Shown: positions 28,787-39,150, numbered from the stretch's first letter. The stretch: 64,000 nucleotides of DNA from Oxalobacteraceae bacterium UBA6704 (GCA_002454505.1 DKJA01000148.1:877-64876), one strand, 5' to 3'. A program made the numbers and translations. Notes: generated by a model not told the origin, from the sequence alone.

Positions 28787-31700
28787 ATGACGAAGTTGCC
28801 ACAAGACCTGCGTAAAGAGACGCTGGAACTGGCCAGTGCCGGCAAGACCGCCGAGAACGACCAGGCGCAAGCGCTGATCGCGCTGTGGTTGCGGTCCCTG
28901 GACGACGAAGACCTGGCCGGCACGTCGCCGCAAAGTCTCGCCCCGGTGCTCGTCGAAGGCTTCTCCCAGGCCGCGCGCCGCACCACGCCGGGCTGCCAGA
29001 TCGCCACGCTGCGTTACGCCGACGGCAGCAAGGGCACGGCCACCGCGCTGCTGGTGCTGAACGACGACATGCCTTATCTGGTCGACTCCATCGTGATGGC
29101 GCTGCGCAAGGAGAAGGTGGCCGTCAACGGCGTGCTGAACGCCGTGCTGCCGGTGACGCGCGATGCCGCCGGCACCGTCACCAGCGTCGGCGACCATGGC
29201 GCCAAGCTGGAATCATATGTGCTGTGCCTGTTGACGGAAGAACTGGACGCCGCCGCGCTGCAGGCGCTGGTGACGCGCATCGAACTGGTGGCGCGCGACG
29301 CCGCCATCGTCCGCCGCGACCTGCAGACGATGAAGGACCGCTTCACCGCCGTCGCCACCTCCGTGGCCGGCCGCGGCGAAGAAGGCGCCGAAGCGGCCGC
29401 CTTCCTGGAATGGGCGCGCGACGAAGGCTTTGAAGTGCATGGCTACGCTTACTACAACGTGCAGCCCGGTTCGAAGGAACTGCAGCGCGACATCCCGAGC
29501 CGCATCGGCGTGCTGCAGGATACGGCGCACAGCGTGTACGGCACCTGCCTGGCCAATATCCCCGGCGACCTCGATACGCTGGGCCGCCGCGGCCACATCC
29601 TGTCGATCGTCAAGGCCGACGTGGGCGGCACGCTGCACCGCGACCAGCAACTGGACTTCATCGGCGTGCGCGCCGTCGACGCCAATGGCGACATCCTCGG
29701 CGAGCACGTGTTCATCGGCCTGTTCAGCCGCGCCGCCATGCACACGCCGCTGGCCCGGCTGCCGTTTGCGCGGGGCCGCATCGCCCAGGTGCTGAAGATC
29801 GCCAACCTGCGCCAGGAAGGCTTCCGCGCCGAGAAATTCATCGAGATCCTCGAATCGCTGCCGCGCACCGAAGCGCTGGAAGCGGACCCGCAATGGCTGT
29901 CCGAAGTGTGCAGCGCCGTCGTGTCGCTGTACAAGCAGCCGCGCACGAAAGTGTTCGCACGCCGCGACGTGTATGCGCGCCACCTGAACGTGCTGGTCTA
30001 CCTGCCGCGCGAGCGCTACAGCGCCAGCGTGGCCAATGCGCTGGCCCGCGCGCTGCAGCACAGCTCCGGCGCCACGCACGTCAGCTCGCAGACGCTGGTG
30101 GCCGACGGTCCGCTGGCCCGCGTCTACCTGATCGCGCATGCCGCCCGTTACCCGCTGGACCTGGAAAGCGATGTGCAGCGCCCGCTGCTGGCCATCCTCG
30201 ACGGCTGGCACAACAGCTTCTCCGAACTGGCCGATGCCGTGCCGGACGAGCCGCTGCGCAACGACATGCGCCGCCTGTGCGCCACGCTGCCGGTGGACTA
30301 CGTGACGGCCACGTCGCCTGCCGTCGCCTTCCACGACCTGGACACGATCCTGCGCAACGGCGGAAGCGGCCGCGTGACGGTCCGCGTCGAACTGAAATCG
30401 GAGCAGAACCCGGCCACGACGATCCGCATCTACTCGTCCGGCAAGGTGCCGGCGCTGTCGTCGATCCTGCCGGCGCTGCACAACGCGGGCGTGCTGATCG
30501 ACCGCGAACAGGCCCATTCCATCAAGACCAGCGACGGCCAGCGCCACTATGTGACGAGCCTGGCCGTCGATGCCGCCTCCGCCGACAAGCTGGCGCAGCC
30601 CGGCATCGCCGCCGTGGCCGAAGACCTGTTTGCCGCGCTGTTCAACGACGACGTGGAAGACGGCCGCCTGAACGGCCTCGTCGTCGAAGGCGGCCTGGAT
30701 GCGCAGCAGATCCAGCTGGTGCGCGCCTACATGAGCTACTGGCGCCAGACCGGCACGCAGTTCTCGGTGCGCTACATCGCCGAAAGCCTGCGCCGCCAGC
30801 CCGCGCTGGTCAAGGAAATCGTCGACGCGTTCGAACAGCGCTTCGATCCACAGCGCAGCGATGCCGACCACGCCGCCGCGCTGGACAAGCTGGCCGCGCT
30901 GAAAGCCGGCCTGCCGCAGGTGAACCACGCCGACACGGAAGCGATCCTGGCCGCGCTGATCGAGCTGATGCAGGTGACCGTGCGCACGTCGTACTTCCAG
31001 CAGGGGCAAGCCGACAAGATCATCTTCAAGTTCGACACCAGCAACCTGGCGCTGCTGCCGGAACCGAAGCCATACCGCGAGATCTACGTGTTCTCGCGCC
31101 GCTTCGAAGGCGTGCACCTGCGCGGCGGCCCGGTGGCCCGCGGCGGCCTGCGCTGGTCGGACCGGATGGAGGATTACCGTACCGAGGTGCTGGGCCTGGT
31201 CAAGGCGCAGATGGTGAAGAACGCCGTCATCGTGCCGGCCGGCGCGAAGGGCGGTTTCGTCTGCAAGCAGATGCCGGCCGGCGCGCCGCGCGAAGTGATC
31301 GCGGCAGAAGGCGAGGCGGTCTACCGCCTGTTCATCGCCAGCCTGCTGGAGGTGACGGACAACCGCTTGCTGGGCAAGATCATTCCGCCGGCCGACACGG
31401 TCCGCTACGACAACGACGACCCGTACCTGGTGGTGGCTGCCGACAAGGGCACGGCAACCTTCTCCGACATCGCCAACAGCATCGCCGTGCAGCGCGGCTT
31501 CTGGCTGGGCGACGCGTTCGCGTCGGGCGGCTCGAACGGCTACGACCACAAGAAGCTGGGCATTACCGCCAAGGGCGCGTTCGAAGCGGTCAAGCGTCAC
31601 TTCTACGAGATGGGTCACGACATGAACACGACGCCGTTCACGGTTGTCGGCGTGGGCGACATGTCGGGCGACGTGTTCGGCAACGGCGTGCTGCTGTCGA

Positions 31701-33517
31701 AGCAGATCAAGCTGCTGGCCGCGTTCGACCACCGCCACATCTTCCTCGACCCGAATCCGGACACCGCCAAATCGTTCGACGAACGCGCGCGCATGTTCGC
31801 GCTGCCCCGCTCGTCGTGGGAAGACTACGACAAGAGCCTGATCTCGGCAGGCGGCGGCGTGTATCCCCGCTCGGCCCGTTCGATCGAACTGTCGCCACAG
31901 ATCCGCGAAGCGCTGGACATCAAGGAAGCGTCGCTGGCGCCTGAAGAACTGATGCACCGCATCCTGCTGGCGCCGGCCGACCTGTTCTACAACGGCGGCA
32001 TCGGCACCTACATCAAGGCATCCACCGAAAGCCACGCGCAGGTGAAGGACCGCGCCAACGACAATATCCGCGTCAACGGCAACGAGCTGCGCGTGAAGGT
32101 CGTCAGCGAGGGCGGCAACCTGGGCGCCACGCAGGCGGGCCGCATCGAGTTCGCGCTGGCCGGCGGCCGCATCTTCACCGATGCGATCGACAACTCGGCC
32201 GGCGTGGACTGCTCCGACCACGAAGTGAACGCGAAGATCTGGCTGGACGTGGAAGTCAATGCCGGCAAGCTGACGGAAGAAGAACGCAACCGCGTGCTGA
32301 ACGACATGACGGACGATATCGAACGCCTCGTCCTGCGCGACAACACGCAGCAGACGCGCCTGCTGGTGCGCGAGCTGCAGGCGCAGCACGATGCGGCCGC
32401 GCAGAAGGGTTACGCGGCGCTGATCGCCAGCCTGGAAGAAGAGGGCGCGCTGTCGCGCGAGCTGGAGCAGCTGCCGTCGGTGGCCGAACTGGCCCGCCGC
32501 AAGAGCGACAACCGCGGCCTGACGACGCCGGAACTGGCCGTCGTCATCGCCAACGTGAAGAACCGCTACAAGCGCATCCTCGGCGCGATGCCGCTGACGG
32601 ACGAGAGCTGGGCGGAAGCCGTGCTGCGGCCGTACTTCCCGAACCTGCTGGTGGCCACCCGCCCGGCGCTGGCGCACCCGCTGGCCAATGCGATCCTGGC
32701 CACCGTGCTGGCCAACGAGGTGGTCAACCGCTGCGGCCCGCTGCTGATCCGCAGCCTGGCGGCGGACCACAATGTGGACGAGACGGACGTCATCCTGGCA
32801 TGGGGCCAGGCATGGTCGGCGCTGAACCTGGATCCGGTGTTCGATGCGCTCGATGCCGATGCGCTGAACGTGCCGCGCGAAGTGTCGATCGCCGTCGATG
32901 CGCGCAGCCGGCTGGCGCTGAAGGCCGCCATCGAAGGCGTGCTGTCGGTATCGAAAGAGCAGCTGCGCGGCAGCGGCGGCGTGGCCGAACTGGCGCGCCT
33001 GTTTGCCGACCCGGCGGTGCAGCAGCGCCTGGCGCCGGCCGGCGTGGCCGCCGAAGCGGATGCGCATCCGGACGTGGCACCGGCATTCGCCCAGGCGTGG
33101 AAAGCGCTGGAAGCGATCGAAGGCGTGGCCGGCTTCCTGTTCGCGGCACTGTCCGTGCAGCGGCCGGCGGGCCTGGACCTGCCGGGCTTCCTGGCACTGG
33201 GCACGACGCTGCGCGGCAAGGCGCACATCGACACGCTGGAGCGCGGCCTGAAACTGCCGGCCACCAGCCGTTCGCAGGAACAGCTGCGCAGCTATGCGCA
33301 ACAGGCACTGCGCCGTACGCAGCAGCGCCTGCTGGCCCGCGTGCTGGCGCAGGCCGGCAGCAAGGGAGAGCAGGCGGTGGACGTCGTCGTCGATGCGCTG
33401 AACCTGCCGGCCATCGCGGCACCGGCCGACCTGGAACAGGCGATGCTGGATGTGTGGGCGCTGTCCGAAGCCGTGCTGGGTAACAGCGCGGGTGGCGGCT
33501 ACGCACAGGCGGCATGA
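28787..33517 (+). CDS. gdhB: Large NAD-specific glutamate dehydrogenase (about 1576 aa)
   Basis: GVHLRGGPVARGGLRWSDR, KNAVIVPAGAKGGF, DDPYLVVAADKGTATFSD, GVGDMSGDVFGNG, DNSAGVDCSDHEVN. GGAG RBS before ATG 28787. Confidence 0.93.
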   Translation: MTKLPQDLRKETLELASAGKTAENDQAQALIALWLRSLDDEDLAGTSPQSLAPVLVEGFSQAARRTTPGCQIATLRYADGSKGTATALLVLNDDMPYLVDSIVMALRKEKVAVNGVLNAVLPVTRDAAGTVTSVGDHGAKLESYVLCLLTEELDAAALQALVTRIELVARDAAIVRRDLQTMKDRFTAVATSVAGRGEEGAEAAAFLEWARDEGFEVHGYAYYNVQPGSKELQRDIPSRIGVLQDTAHSVYGTCLANIPGDLDTLGRRGHILSIVKADVGGTLHRDQQLDFIGVRAVDANGDILGEHVFIGLFSRAAMHTPLARLPFARGRIAQVLKIANLRQEGFRAEKFIEILESLPRTEALEADPQWLSEVCSAVVSLYKQPRTKVFARRDVYARHLNVLVYLPRERYSASVANALARALQHSSGATHVSSQTLVADGPLARVYLIAHAARYPLDLESDVQRPLLAILDGWHNSFSELADAVPDEPLRNDMRRLCATLPVDYVTATSPAVAFHDLDTILRNGGSGRVTVRVELKSEQNPATTIRIYSSGKVPALSSILPALHNAGVLIDREQAHSIKTSDGQRHYVTSLAVDAASADKLAQPGIAAVAEDLFAALFNDDVEDGRLNGLVVEGGLDAQQIQLVRAYMSYWRQTGTQFSVRYIAESLRRQPALVKEIVDAFEQRFDPQRSDADHAAALDKLAALKAGLPQVNHADTEAILAALIELMQVTVRTSYFQQGQADKIIFKFDTSNLALLPEPKPYREIYVFSRRFEGVHLRGGPVARGGLRWSDRMEDYRTEVLGLVKAQMVKNAVIVPAGAKGGFVCKQMPAGAPREVIAAEGEAVYRLFIASLLEVTDNRLLGKIIPPADTVRYDNDDPYLVVAADKGTATFSDIANSIAVQRGFWLGDAFASGGSNGYDHKKLGITAKGAFEAVKRHFYEMGHDMNTTPFTVVGVGDMSGDVFGNGVLLSKQIKLLAAFDHRHIFLDPNPDTAKSFDERARMFALPRSSWEDYDKSLISAGGGVYPRSARSIELSPQIREALDIKEASLAPEELMHRILLAPADLFYNGGIGTYIKASTESHAQVKDRANDNIRVNGNELRVKVVSEGGNLGATQAGRIEFALAGGRIFTDAIDNSAGVDCSDHEVNAKIWLDVEVNAGKLTEEERNRVLNDMTDDIERLVLRDNTQQTRLLVRELQAQHDAAAQKGYAALIASLEEEGALSRELEQLPSVAELARRKSDNRGLTTPELAVVIANVKNRYKRILGAMPLTDESWAEAVLRPYFPNLLVATRPALAHPLANAILATVLANEVVNRCGPLLIRSLAADHNVDETDVILAWGQAWSALNLDPVFDALDADALNVPREVSIAVDARSRLALKAAIEGVLSVSKEQLRGSGGVAELARLFADPAVQQRLAPAGVAAEADAHPDVAPAFAQAWKALEAIEGVAGFLFAALSVQRPAGLDLPGFLALGTTLRGKAHIDTLERGLKLPATSRSQEQLRSYAQQALRRTQQRLLARVLAQAGSKGEQAVDVVVDALNLPAIAAPADLEQAMLDVWALSEAVLGNSAGGGYAQAA

Positions 33518-33518
33518 C

Positions 33519-34505
33519 GTGAGTTCGTCACAGCTTCCTGACGCCGTGCGGGCGCTGGCGGAGGCGGATTTTTCCGCCGTCGCTGCCAGCTTTTCCGCGG
33601 CCGGCTTTGCGGTGGCCGAACCGGCGGACGGCATCCTGACGGTGCGCCGGCCCGGTGCCGTGCGGCCGGCGGTGGTGCTGTCCGTCGGCGTGCATGGCGA
33701 CGAGACGGGGCCGATCGAGCTGACGGCTTACCTGCTCGATGCGCTGGCGCGCGAGCCTGAGCAACTGGCGGTGGACCTGATGGTCTGCGTCGGCAATATC
33801 GGTGCGATCCGCGCCGGCAAGCGCTTCATCGACGCTGACCTGAACCGGATGTTCCGCGCCGAGCGGGGCACGTTGGCCGGCACCGCAGAAGCGGCGCGGG
33901 CCGACGAGATGATCGCCGCCACCGCCGATTTCTTTGCCGGCGCAGGGCCGGAGCGGTGGCACCTGGACCTGCACACGGCGATCCGCAAGTCCTACTACCC
34001 CACGTTCGCGATCGTGCCGGACCTGATCGCCGACGCCGCCAAGGCCCGCCTGACCGGCTGGCTGGGCGAAGCAGGCATCGGCGCGCTGGTGCAGAATCCC
34101 GCCTCAGCGGGCACGTACAGTTACTACAGCGCCGAACACCATGCCGCCGCCGGTACCACGGTGGAGCTGGGCCGCATCGGCACGCTGGGGCAGAACGACC
34201 TGTCCCAGTTCGCCGATGCGTCGCGCGCCATGGACCGCCTGCTGCGCGGCCAGCCGCCGCTACCGGCCGTCTGCACGCCGCACGTGTTCAAGGTGGCGCA
34301 GAACATCATCAAGCTGTCCGACGGGTTCACGATGGCGTTCGGCAAAGAGACGCAGAACTTCACGCCGCTGCGGCAGGGCGACGAGATCGCCCGCGATGGC
34401 GACACTATCTATACCGTGCAGCAGCCGGAGGAGCTGGTGCTGTTTCCGAATCCGGATGTGCGGATCGGGTTGCGGGCCGGGATGATGGTGGTGCGCGTTG
34501 GTTGA
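33519..34505 (+). CDS. astE: Succinylglutamate desuccinylase
   Basis: SVGVHGDETGPIE, DLNRMF, HLDLHTAIR, TVELG, FPNPDVRIGLRAG. Confidence 0.92.
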   Translation: MSSSQLPDAVRALAEADFSAVAASFSAAGFAVAEPADGILTVRRPGAVRPAVVLSVGVHGDETGPIELTAYLLDALAREPEQLAVDLMVCVGNIGAIRAGKRFIDADLNRMFRAERGTLAGTAEAARADEMIAATADFFAGAGPERWHLDLHTAIRKSYYPTFAIVPDLIADAAKARLTGWLGEAGIGALVQNPASAGTYSYYSAEHHAAAGTTVELGRIGTLGQNDLSQFADASRAMDRLLRGQPPLPAVCTPHVFKVAQNIIKLSDGFTMAFGKETQNFTPLRQGDEIARDGDTIYTVQQPEELVLFPNPDVRIGLRAGMMVVRVG

Positions 34506-34537
34506 GGCACGCCCCCGCGAATACGCAAAATCAAGAG

Positions 34538-34577
34538 CAACCCGGGGACAGGCCCCGAAAAGCCGGGGACAGTCCCC
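34538..34577. repeat. REP-like unit (family C, tandem GGGGACAG(G/T)CCCC)
   Basis: CAACCCGGGGACAGGCCCCGAAAAGCCGGGGACAGTCCCC; matches 39575-39615 (reverse) and 62699-62799. Confidence 0.8.
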
Positions 34578-34601
34578 AGCCGCATCTGCCAAAGGAGAAC
34601 C

Positions 34602-35123
34602 ATGTCGATCACATTATCCGAAGTCTCCGCGCCGCTGTTCGTGCGCGGCCTGAAAATCCTCGCCACGCTGCTGGCCAAGGGCGAAGAGCATGTGGCGCAG
34701 CATGGCGTCGTGCCGGAAGCGCTGCTGGCGGCGCGGCTGGCGGACGACATGCTGCCGCTGTCGGCGCAGATCCAGCGCGCCAGCGACACGTCGAAGTTCG
34801 CCATCCAGCGTCTCAGCGGCGGTGAAGCACCGAAATTCGCCGACGACGAAGCGAGCTTCCAGCAGCTGCAGGAGCGCATCGAAAAGACGATTGCGTACAT
34901 CGAGAGCGTCGACGCGGCGCAGGTCGATGCCGGCAGCGAGCGCGAAGTGAACCTGAACTGGGGCGCGAAAAGTGCCGCGTTCACGGGCCAGAGCTATCTG
35001 CTGACGTTCGCGCTGCCGAACTTTTACTTCCACGTGGTGACCGCCTACGACATCCTGCGCAACCAGGGCGTCAAGGTGGGCAAGCTGGATTACCTGGGGC
35101 CGTTCGGCGCCGGCAGCCAATAA
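34602..35123 (+). CDS. DUF1993 family protein
   Basis: ARLADDMLPLSAQIQRASD, FALPNFYFHVVTAYDILR.QGV.VGKLDYLG. Confidence 0.92.
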   Translation: MSITLSEVSAPLFVRGLKILATLLAKGEEHVAQHGVVPEALLAARLADDMLPLSAQIQRASDTSKFAIQRLSGGEAPKFADDEASFQQLQERIEKTIAYIESVDAAQVDAGSEREVNLNWGAKSAAFTGQSYLLTFALPNFYFHVVTAYDILRNQGVKVGKLDYLGPFGAGSQ

Positions 35124-35124
35124 G

Positions 35125-35149
35125 AAAAGCCACCCGCGGGTGGCTTTTT
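35125..35149. terminator. Bidirectional intrinsic terminator
   Basis: AAAAGCCACC-CGCG-GGTGGCTTTTT between convergent genes. Confidence 0.85.
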
Positions 35150-35168
35150 CAAATGGCGCGCGGCGCGG

Positions 35169-35435
35169 TCAGGAAGCCGCGAGCTGGGCCAGCGCGGGAC
35201 GGGCCGCGCGGCCGGCCTTGCCGACGGCCGCGGCCGCCGAGGATGCAGACGACGCCCGCGCGGCCGTGGCCGGGACAGGCGCCGTAACTGTTGGTTCGCC
35301 GGCGCGGTGAGCGTCCGGCATCCAGCCGACGATCGCCGCCGTGGCAACCAGCGAGAGCAGCAGCACGCCGCCGGCGCCGATGGCCAGCGGATGCACGCGC
35401 GCGGAGGTGGTCGGGATTTTCTGGTACAGCGTCAT
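35169..35435 (-). CDS. Small single-TM hypothetical protein (88 aa)
   Basis: GGAGG RBS; RVHPLAIGAGGVLLLSLVATAAIVGWMP hydrophobic segment followed by an Ala/Ser/Pro-rich tail. Confidence 0.6.
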   Translation of the reverse strand: MTLYQKIPTTSARVHPLAIGAGGVLLLSLVATAAIVGWMPDAHRAGEPTVTAPVPATAARASSASSAAAAVGKAGRAARPALAQLAAS

Positions 35436-35622
35436 GGGAACCTCCGTTCTCGTTAAGTTGACGTGTTGCAAGATCAGACCATTGCAAGATTAGAGGATTA
35501 ACCATTAGACATCTATCCATTTGGTGTATCAATGGTAAGCACTTGTAACCGCAAGGTACCGTGCCAGCGGCCTGCCCCGATCCCCGCTACACTCGTCGCC
35601 ATACCGTTCTGAAAGGCAGGCC

Positions 35623-36735
35623 ATGAGTCAGTTGTTTTCTTCCTACAAACTGGGCAACCACACGCTGAAAAACCGCATCGCGATCGCACCGATGTGCCAG
35701 TACTCGGCCGTCGATGGCCACGCCACCGAGTGGCACACGATCCACCTGGGCCACCTGGCGCTGTCCGGCGCGGCGCTGCTGACGCTGGAGGCGACGGCCG
35801 TATCGCCGGAAGGCCGCATTTCGCCGAGCGACCTGGGCCTGTGGTCCGACGCGCACCAGGAATCGTTGCGCCCGGTGATCGAGGCGATCCGCAAGCACTC
35901 GCCGATCCGGCTGGCCGTGCAACTGGGCCACGCGGGCCGCAAGGCATCGTCGGCCGTGCCGTGGGAAGGCGGCGCCAACATTCCGCCGGGCGACATCGGC
36001 TGGCAGACGGTCGCCCCATCGGCCGTGCCGCATGCGGACGGCGAAACGGTGCCGCTGGCGCTGGATGCCGCCGCGCTGCAAAGGGTGAAGGACGATTTCG
36101 TCGCCGCGGCCCGCCGCGTGCATGCGCTGGGCATCGAAGGCATCGAGCTGCATGGCGCCCACGGCTACCTGCTGCATCAGTTCCTGTCGCCGATCGCCAA
36201 CCAGCGCACCGACGACTACGGCGGCTCGCTGGAGAACCGCATGCGCTTCCCGCTGGAAGTGTTCGATGCGGTGCGTGCCGCCGTGCCGGCGGAAGTCTTC
36301 GTGGGCATGCGCATCTCGGCCAGCGACTGGGTGGACGGCGGCTGGGACGTGGAGCAGAGCGTCGTCTTCGCCAACGAACTGAAACAGCGTGGCGCCGACT
36401 TCATTCACGTGTCGAGCGGCGGCGTGTCGCCGCGGCAGAAGATCCCCGTCGGCCCCGGCTACCAGATCCAGTTCGCCGAGCGTATCCGCAAGGAGACCGG
36501 CCTGCCGACGATCGGCGTGGGCCTGATCACCGAGGCGGAGCACGCCGAGTCGATCATCCTGCAGGGCCAGGCGGACATGGTGGCGCTGGCCCGCGGCATC
36601 CTGTACGACCCGCGCTGGCCATGGCATGCGGCGGCCAAACTGGGCGCGCAGGTGGATGCGCCGCCGCAGTACTGGCGCTCGCAGCCGCACGACCTGAAAC
36701 AGCTGTTCGGCGACACGCGCCTGGGCCAGCGCTGA
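35623..36735 (+). CDS. NADH:flavin oxidoreductase / Old Yellow Enzyme (YqjM/XenA-like)
   Basis: KNRIAIAPMCQYS, QLGHAGRK, ELHGAHGYLLHQFLSP, YGGSLENRMRF. Confidence 0.93.
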   Translation: MSQLFSSYKLGNHTLKNRIAIAPMCQYSAVDGHATEWHTIHLGHLALSGAALLTLEATAVSPEGRISPSDLGLWSDAHQESLRPVIEAIRKHSPIRLAVQLGHAGRKASSAVPWEGGANIPPGDIGWQTVAPSAVPHADGETVPLALDAAALQRVKDDFVAAARRVHALGIEGIELHGAHGYLLHQFLSPIANQRTDDYGGSLENRMRFPLEVFDAVRAAVPAEVFVGMRISASDWVDGGWDVEQSVVFANELKQRGADFIHVSSGGVSPRQKIPVGPGYQIQFAERIRKETGLPTIGVGLITEAEHAESIILQGQADMVALARGILYDPRWPWHAAAKLGAQVDAPPQYWRSQPHDLKQLFGDTRLGQR

Positions 36736-36736
36736 C

Positions 36737-37384
36737 ATGAACGACCGCGCGCAGCTGCCGCGATACGACCTGCTGATCTTCGATTTCGACGGCACGCTGG
36801 CCGACAGCTTTCCGTTCTTCCTCGAAGCGTTCGACACGCTGGCGGACGCGCACCGCTTCCGCCGGCTCGATCGCAGCAAGATCGACCTGCTGCGCGGGCT
36901 GGAGCTGCCGCAGATCATGCGCCACGTGGGCATGCCGCGCTGGAAGCTGCTGCCGGTGGCGCTGCAGTTCCGCGCGATGATGGGGCAGAGCATCGCCCGC
37001 ATCCGGCTGTTCGACGGCGTGCGCGACGTGCTGCGCGATGCCGCCGGGCGCGGCGTGCAGCTGGCCATCGTCAGTTCGAATTCGGAGGAGAATGTGCGCG
37101 CCGTGCTGGGCGACGATGCGGCGCTGTTCACGCAGTTCGAATGCGGCGCCGCGCTGTTCGGCAAGCGCCGCCGGCTGCGCCGCGTGGTGCAGGGCAGCGG
37201 CGTGCCGGGCGAACGGGTGCTGTGCGTGGGCGACGAGGTGCGCGACATCGATGCGGCCCATGCAGAAGGGCTGGACTTCGGCGCCGTCGGCTGGGGCTAT
37301 GCGAAGCCGGAGGCGCTGCAGGCCCGCGCGCCGAAGCTGATGTTCGACAGCGTGGCGCAGATGGCCGCGCAGCTGGCCGGCTGA
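36737..37384 (+). CDS. HAD-family hydrolase (phosphoglycolate phosphatase-like)
   Basis: FDFDGTLADS, IVSSN, VGDEVRDIDAA, VGWGY. Confidence 0.9.
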   Translation: MNDRAQLPRYDLLIFDFDGTLADSFPFFLEAFDTLADAHRFRRLDRSKIDLLRGLELPQIMRHVGMPRWKLLPVALQFRAMMGQSIARIRLFDGVRDVLRDAAGRGVQLAIVSSNSEENVRAVLGDDAALFTQFECGAALFGKRRRLRRVVQGSGVPGERVLCVGDEVRDIDAAHAEGLDFGAVGWGYAKPEALQARAPKLMFDSVAQMAAQLAG

Positions 37385-37525
37385 ATATTTTTGCGGCGGC
37401 GCTGCCCGACAGTTGTATTTCGTGCACAAAAATGGTTTGGCGATACGGCGAACTCTGGCCCTATAATCGCGTGGTTTACCGAGCCGGGCGTCACGAGCGC
37501 CGCGGCAGCCACCACCTGATAAGGA

Positions 37526-39001
37526 ATGCCCGTGAGCCAAACGCTGGTCCAGAAGCTGATTCGTACCAAGCCTGTCCAAGTCACTCCCGATCACACCCAC
37601 GTCCCCGGCGGACTGGCCCGCTCGATGGGCCTGTTCCCGCTGACGATGATCGGCGTCGGCGCCACGATCGGCACCGGCATCTTCTTCACGATGGTCGAGG
37701 CGGTGCCGAAGGCCGGCCCGGCGGTGATCCTGTCGTTCCTGCTTGCCGCGCTGACGGCCGGCCTGACGGCCCTGTGCTACGCCGAGCTGTCGTTCCGCAT
37801 TCCCGCTTCCGGTTCCTCCTATTCGTTCGCCTACGCCACCGTCGGCGAATTCTTCGCCTTCATCATGGCCGCCTGCCTGCTGCTCGAATACGGGCTGGCC
37901 GCGAGTGCCACGGCGATCGGCTGGTCCGACTACCTGAATAATTTTTTGGGTAACGCCTTCGGCTGGCACATCCCCACGGTGCTGCGCACGCCGATGATCG
38001 TGTCCACGCACGAGGGCATCATGTTCAACGTGGGCCACATCAACCTGCCGCCGATCATCCTGGTGGTGCTGTGCGGCTTCCTGCTGGTGCGGGGTGCGAA
38101 GGAATCGGCTCGCACCAACGCGATCATGGTGCTGATCAAGCTGGCCATCCTGCTGTTCTTCGTGGCGGTGGCGTTCACCGGCTTCGACATCAACAACTTC
38201 CACCCGTTCTTCAAGGGCGAGGGCGAGAAGGGCCTGCTGGGCATGGCCGGCGTGACGGCGGCGGCGGGCACGGTGTTCTTCTCGTTCATCGGCCTCGATA
38301 CGGTGGCCACGGCGGGCGAGGAAGTGCACAACCCAAAGCGGAACGTCCCGCTGGGCATCCTGTCCGCGCTGGGCATCGTGACGGTGTTCTATATGCTGGT
38401 GGCGGTGGCCGCGATGGGCGCGCAGCCGGCGCACCAGTTCGAAGGCCAGGAAGCGGGCCTCGCCGTGATCCTGCAGAACGTGACGGGCCATGCGTGGCCG
38501 GCGCTGGTGCTGTCCGCCGGCGCCGTGATTTCCGTGTTCTCGGTGACGCTGGTGACGATCTACGGCCAGACGCGCATCCTGTACGCGATCTCGCGCGACG
38601 GCCTGATCTCGAAGAGCTTCCACAAGGTGAGCGCCCGCACGTCGACGCCGATCTTCAACACGGTTGTCGTCTGCATTGTGGTGGCGCTGGTGGCCGGCTT
38701 CGTCGACGCCACCTTCCTGTGGGATATGGTCAGCATGGGCACGCTGACGGCGTTCATGGTGGTCAGCGTGGCGGTGCCCGTCATGCGCCGCAAGGACCGC
38801 CAGCAGGGCATGTCCACGAAGGGCGGCTTCCGCGTGCCGTTCGGCCCGTACGTGGTGCCGTGCCTGTCGATCGCCGCCTGCGCCTACCTGATGATCGGCC
38901 TGTCCGACACGACCCGCCTGATCTTCGCGATCTGGATGACGGCGTCGATCCTGACCTACTTCGCCTACGGCATGCGCAATTCGCGGCTGAACAAAGCCTG
39001 A
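37526..39001 (+). CDS. APC-family amino acid permease (cationic amino acid transporter-like)
   Basis: GVGATIGTGIF, LCYAEL..RIP.SGSSYS, FFSFIGLD, GEEVHNPKRNVP, SRDGL. Confidence 0.92.
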   Translation: MPVSQTLVQKLIRTKPVQVTPDHTHVPGGLARSMGLFPLTMIGVGATIGTGIFFTMVEAVPKAGPAVILSFLLAALTAGLTALCYAELSFRIPASGSSYSFAYATVGEFFAFIMAACLLLEYGLAASATAIGWSDYLNNFLGNAFGWHIPTVLRTPMIVSTHEGIMFNVGHINLPPIILVVLCGFLLVRGAKESARTNAIMVLIKLAILLFFVAVAFTGFDINNFHPFFKGEGEKGLLGMAGVTAAAGTVFFSFIGLDTVATAGEEVHNPKRNVPLGILSALGIVTVFYMLVAVAAMGAQPAHQFEGQEAGLAVILQNVTGHAWPALVLSAGAVISVFSVTLVTIYGQTRILYAISRDGLISKSFHKVSARTSTPIFNTVVVCIVVALVAGFVDATFLWDMVSMGTLTAFMVVSVAVPVMRRKDRQQGMSTKGGFRVPFGPYVVPCLSIAACAYLMIGLSDTTRLIFAIWMTASILTYFAYGMRNSRLNKA

Positions 39002-39092
39002 AAAGTTGCCGGGAAAATGGGGACGGACCCCATTTTTCAGGCAATGTTTCTTAGAAAACAGGGCGGTACGGCAATCCGGCTGTCTCTGTTTT
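39001..39092. repeat. REP-like palindrome (family D, AAAATGGGGACGGACCCCATTTT) plus a degenerate second hairpin
   Basis: Near-identical to 42075-42125; same core twice at 58568-58657. Confidence 0.8.
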
Positions 39093-39103
39093 TGCTTTAA
39101 ATG

Positions 39104-39130
39104 AAAAAAGCCGGCAATGCCGGCTTCTTT
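39104..39130. terminator. Bidirectional intrinsic terminator
   Basis: AAAAAAGCCGGCAATGCCGGCTTCTTT. Confidence 0.8.
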
Positions 39131-39150
39131 GTTGCGCGATGCGTTGTCGG

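Noticed and set aside
29213..33634. 1473-aa ORF antisense to the glutamate dehydrogenase gene
   Set aside because: Shadow ORF caused by high-GC codon bias; no motifs, and the sense strand carries all GDH signatures.
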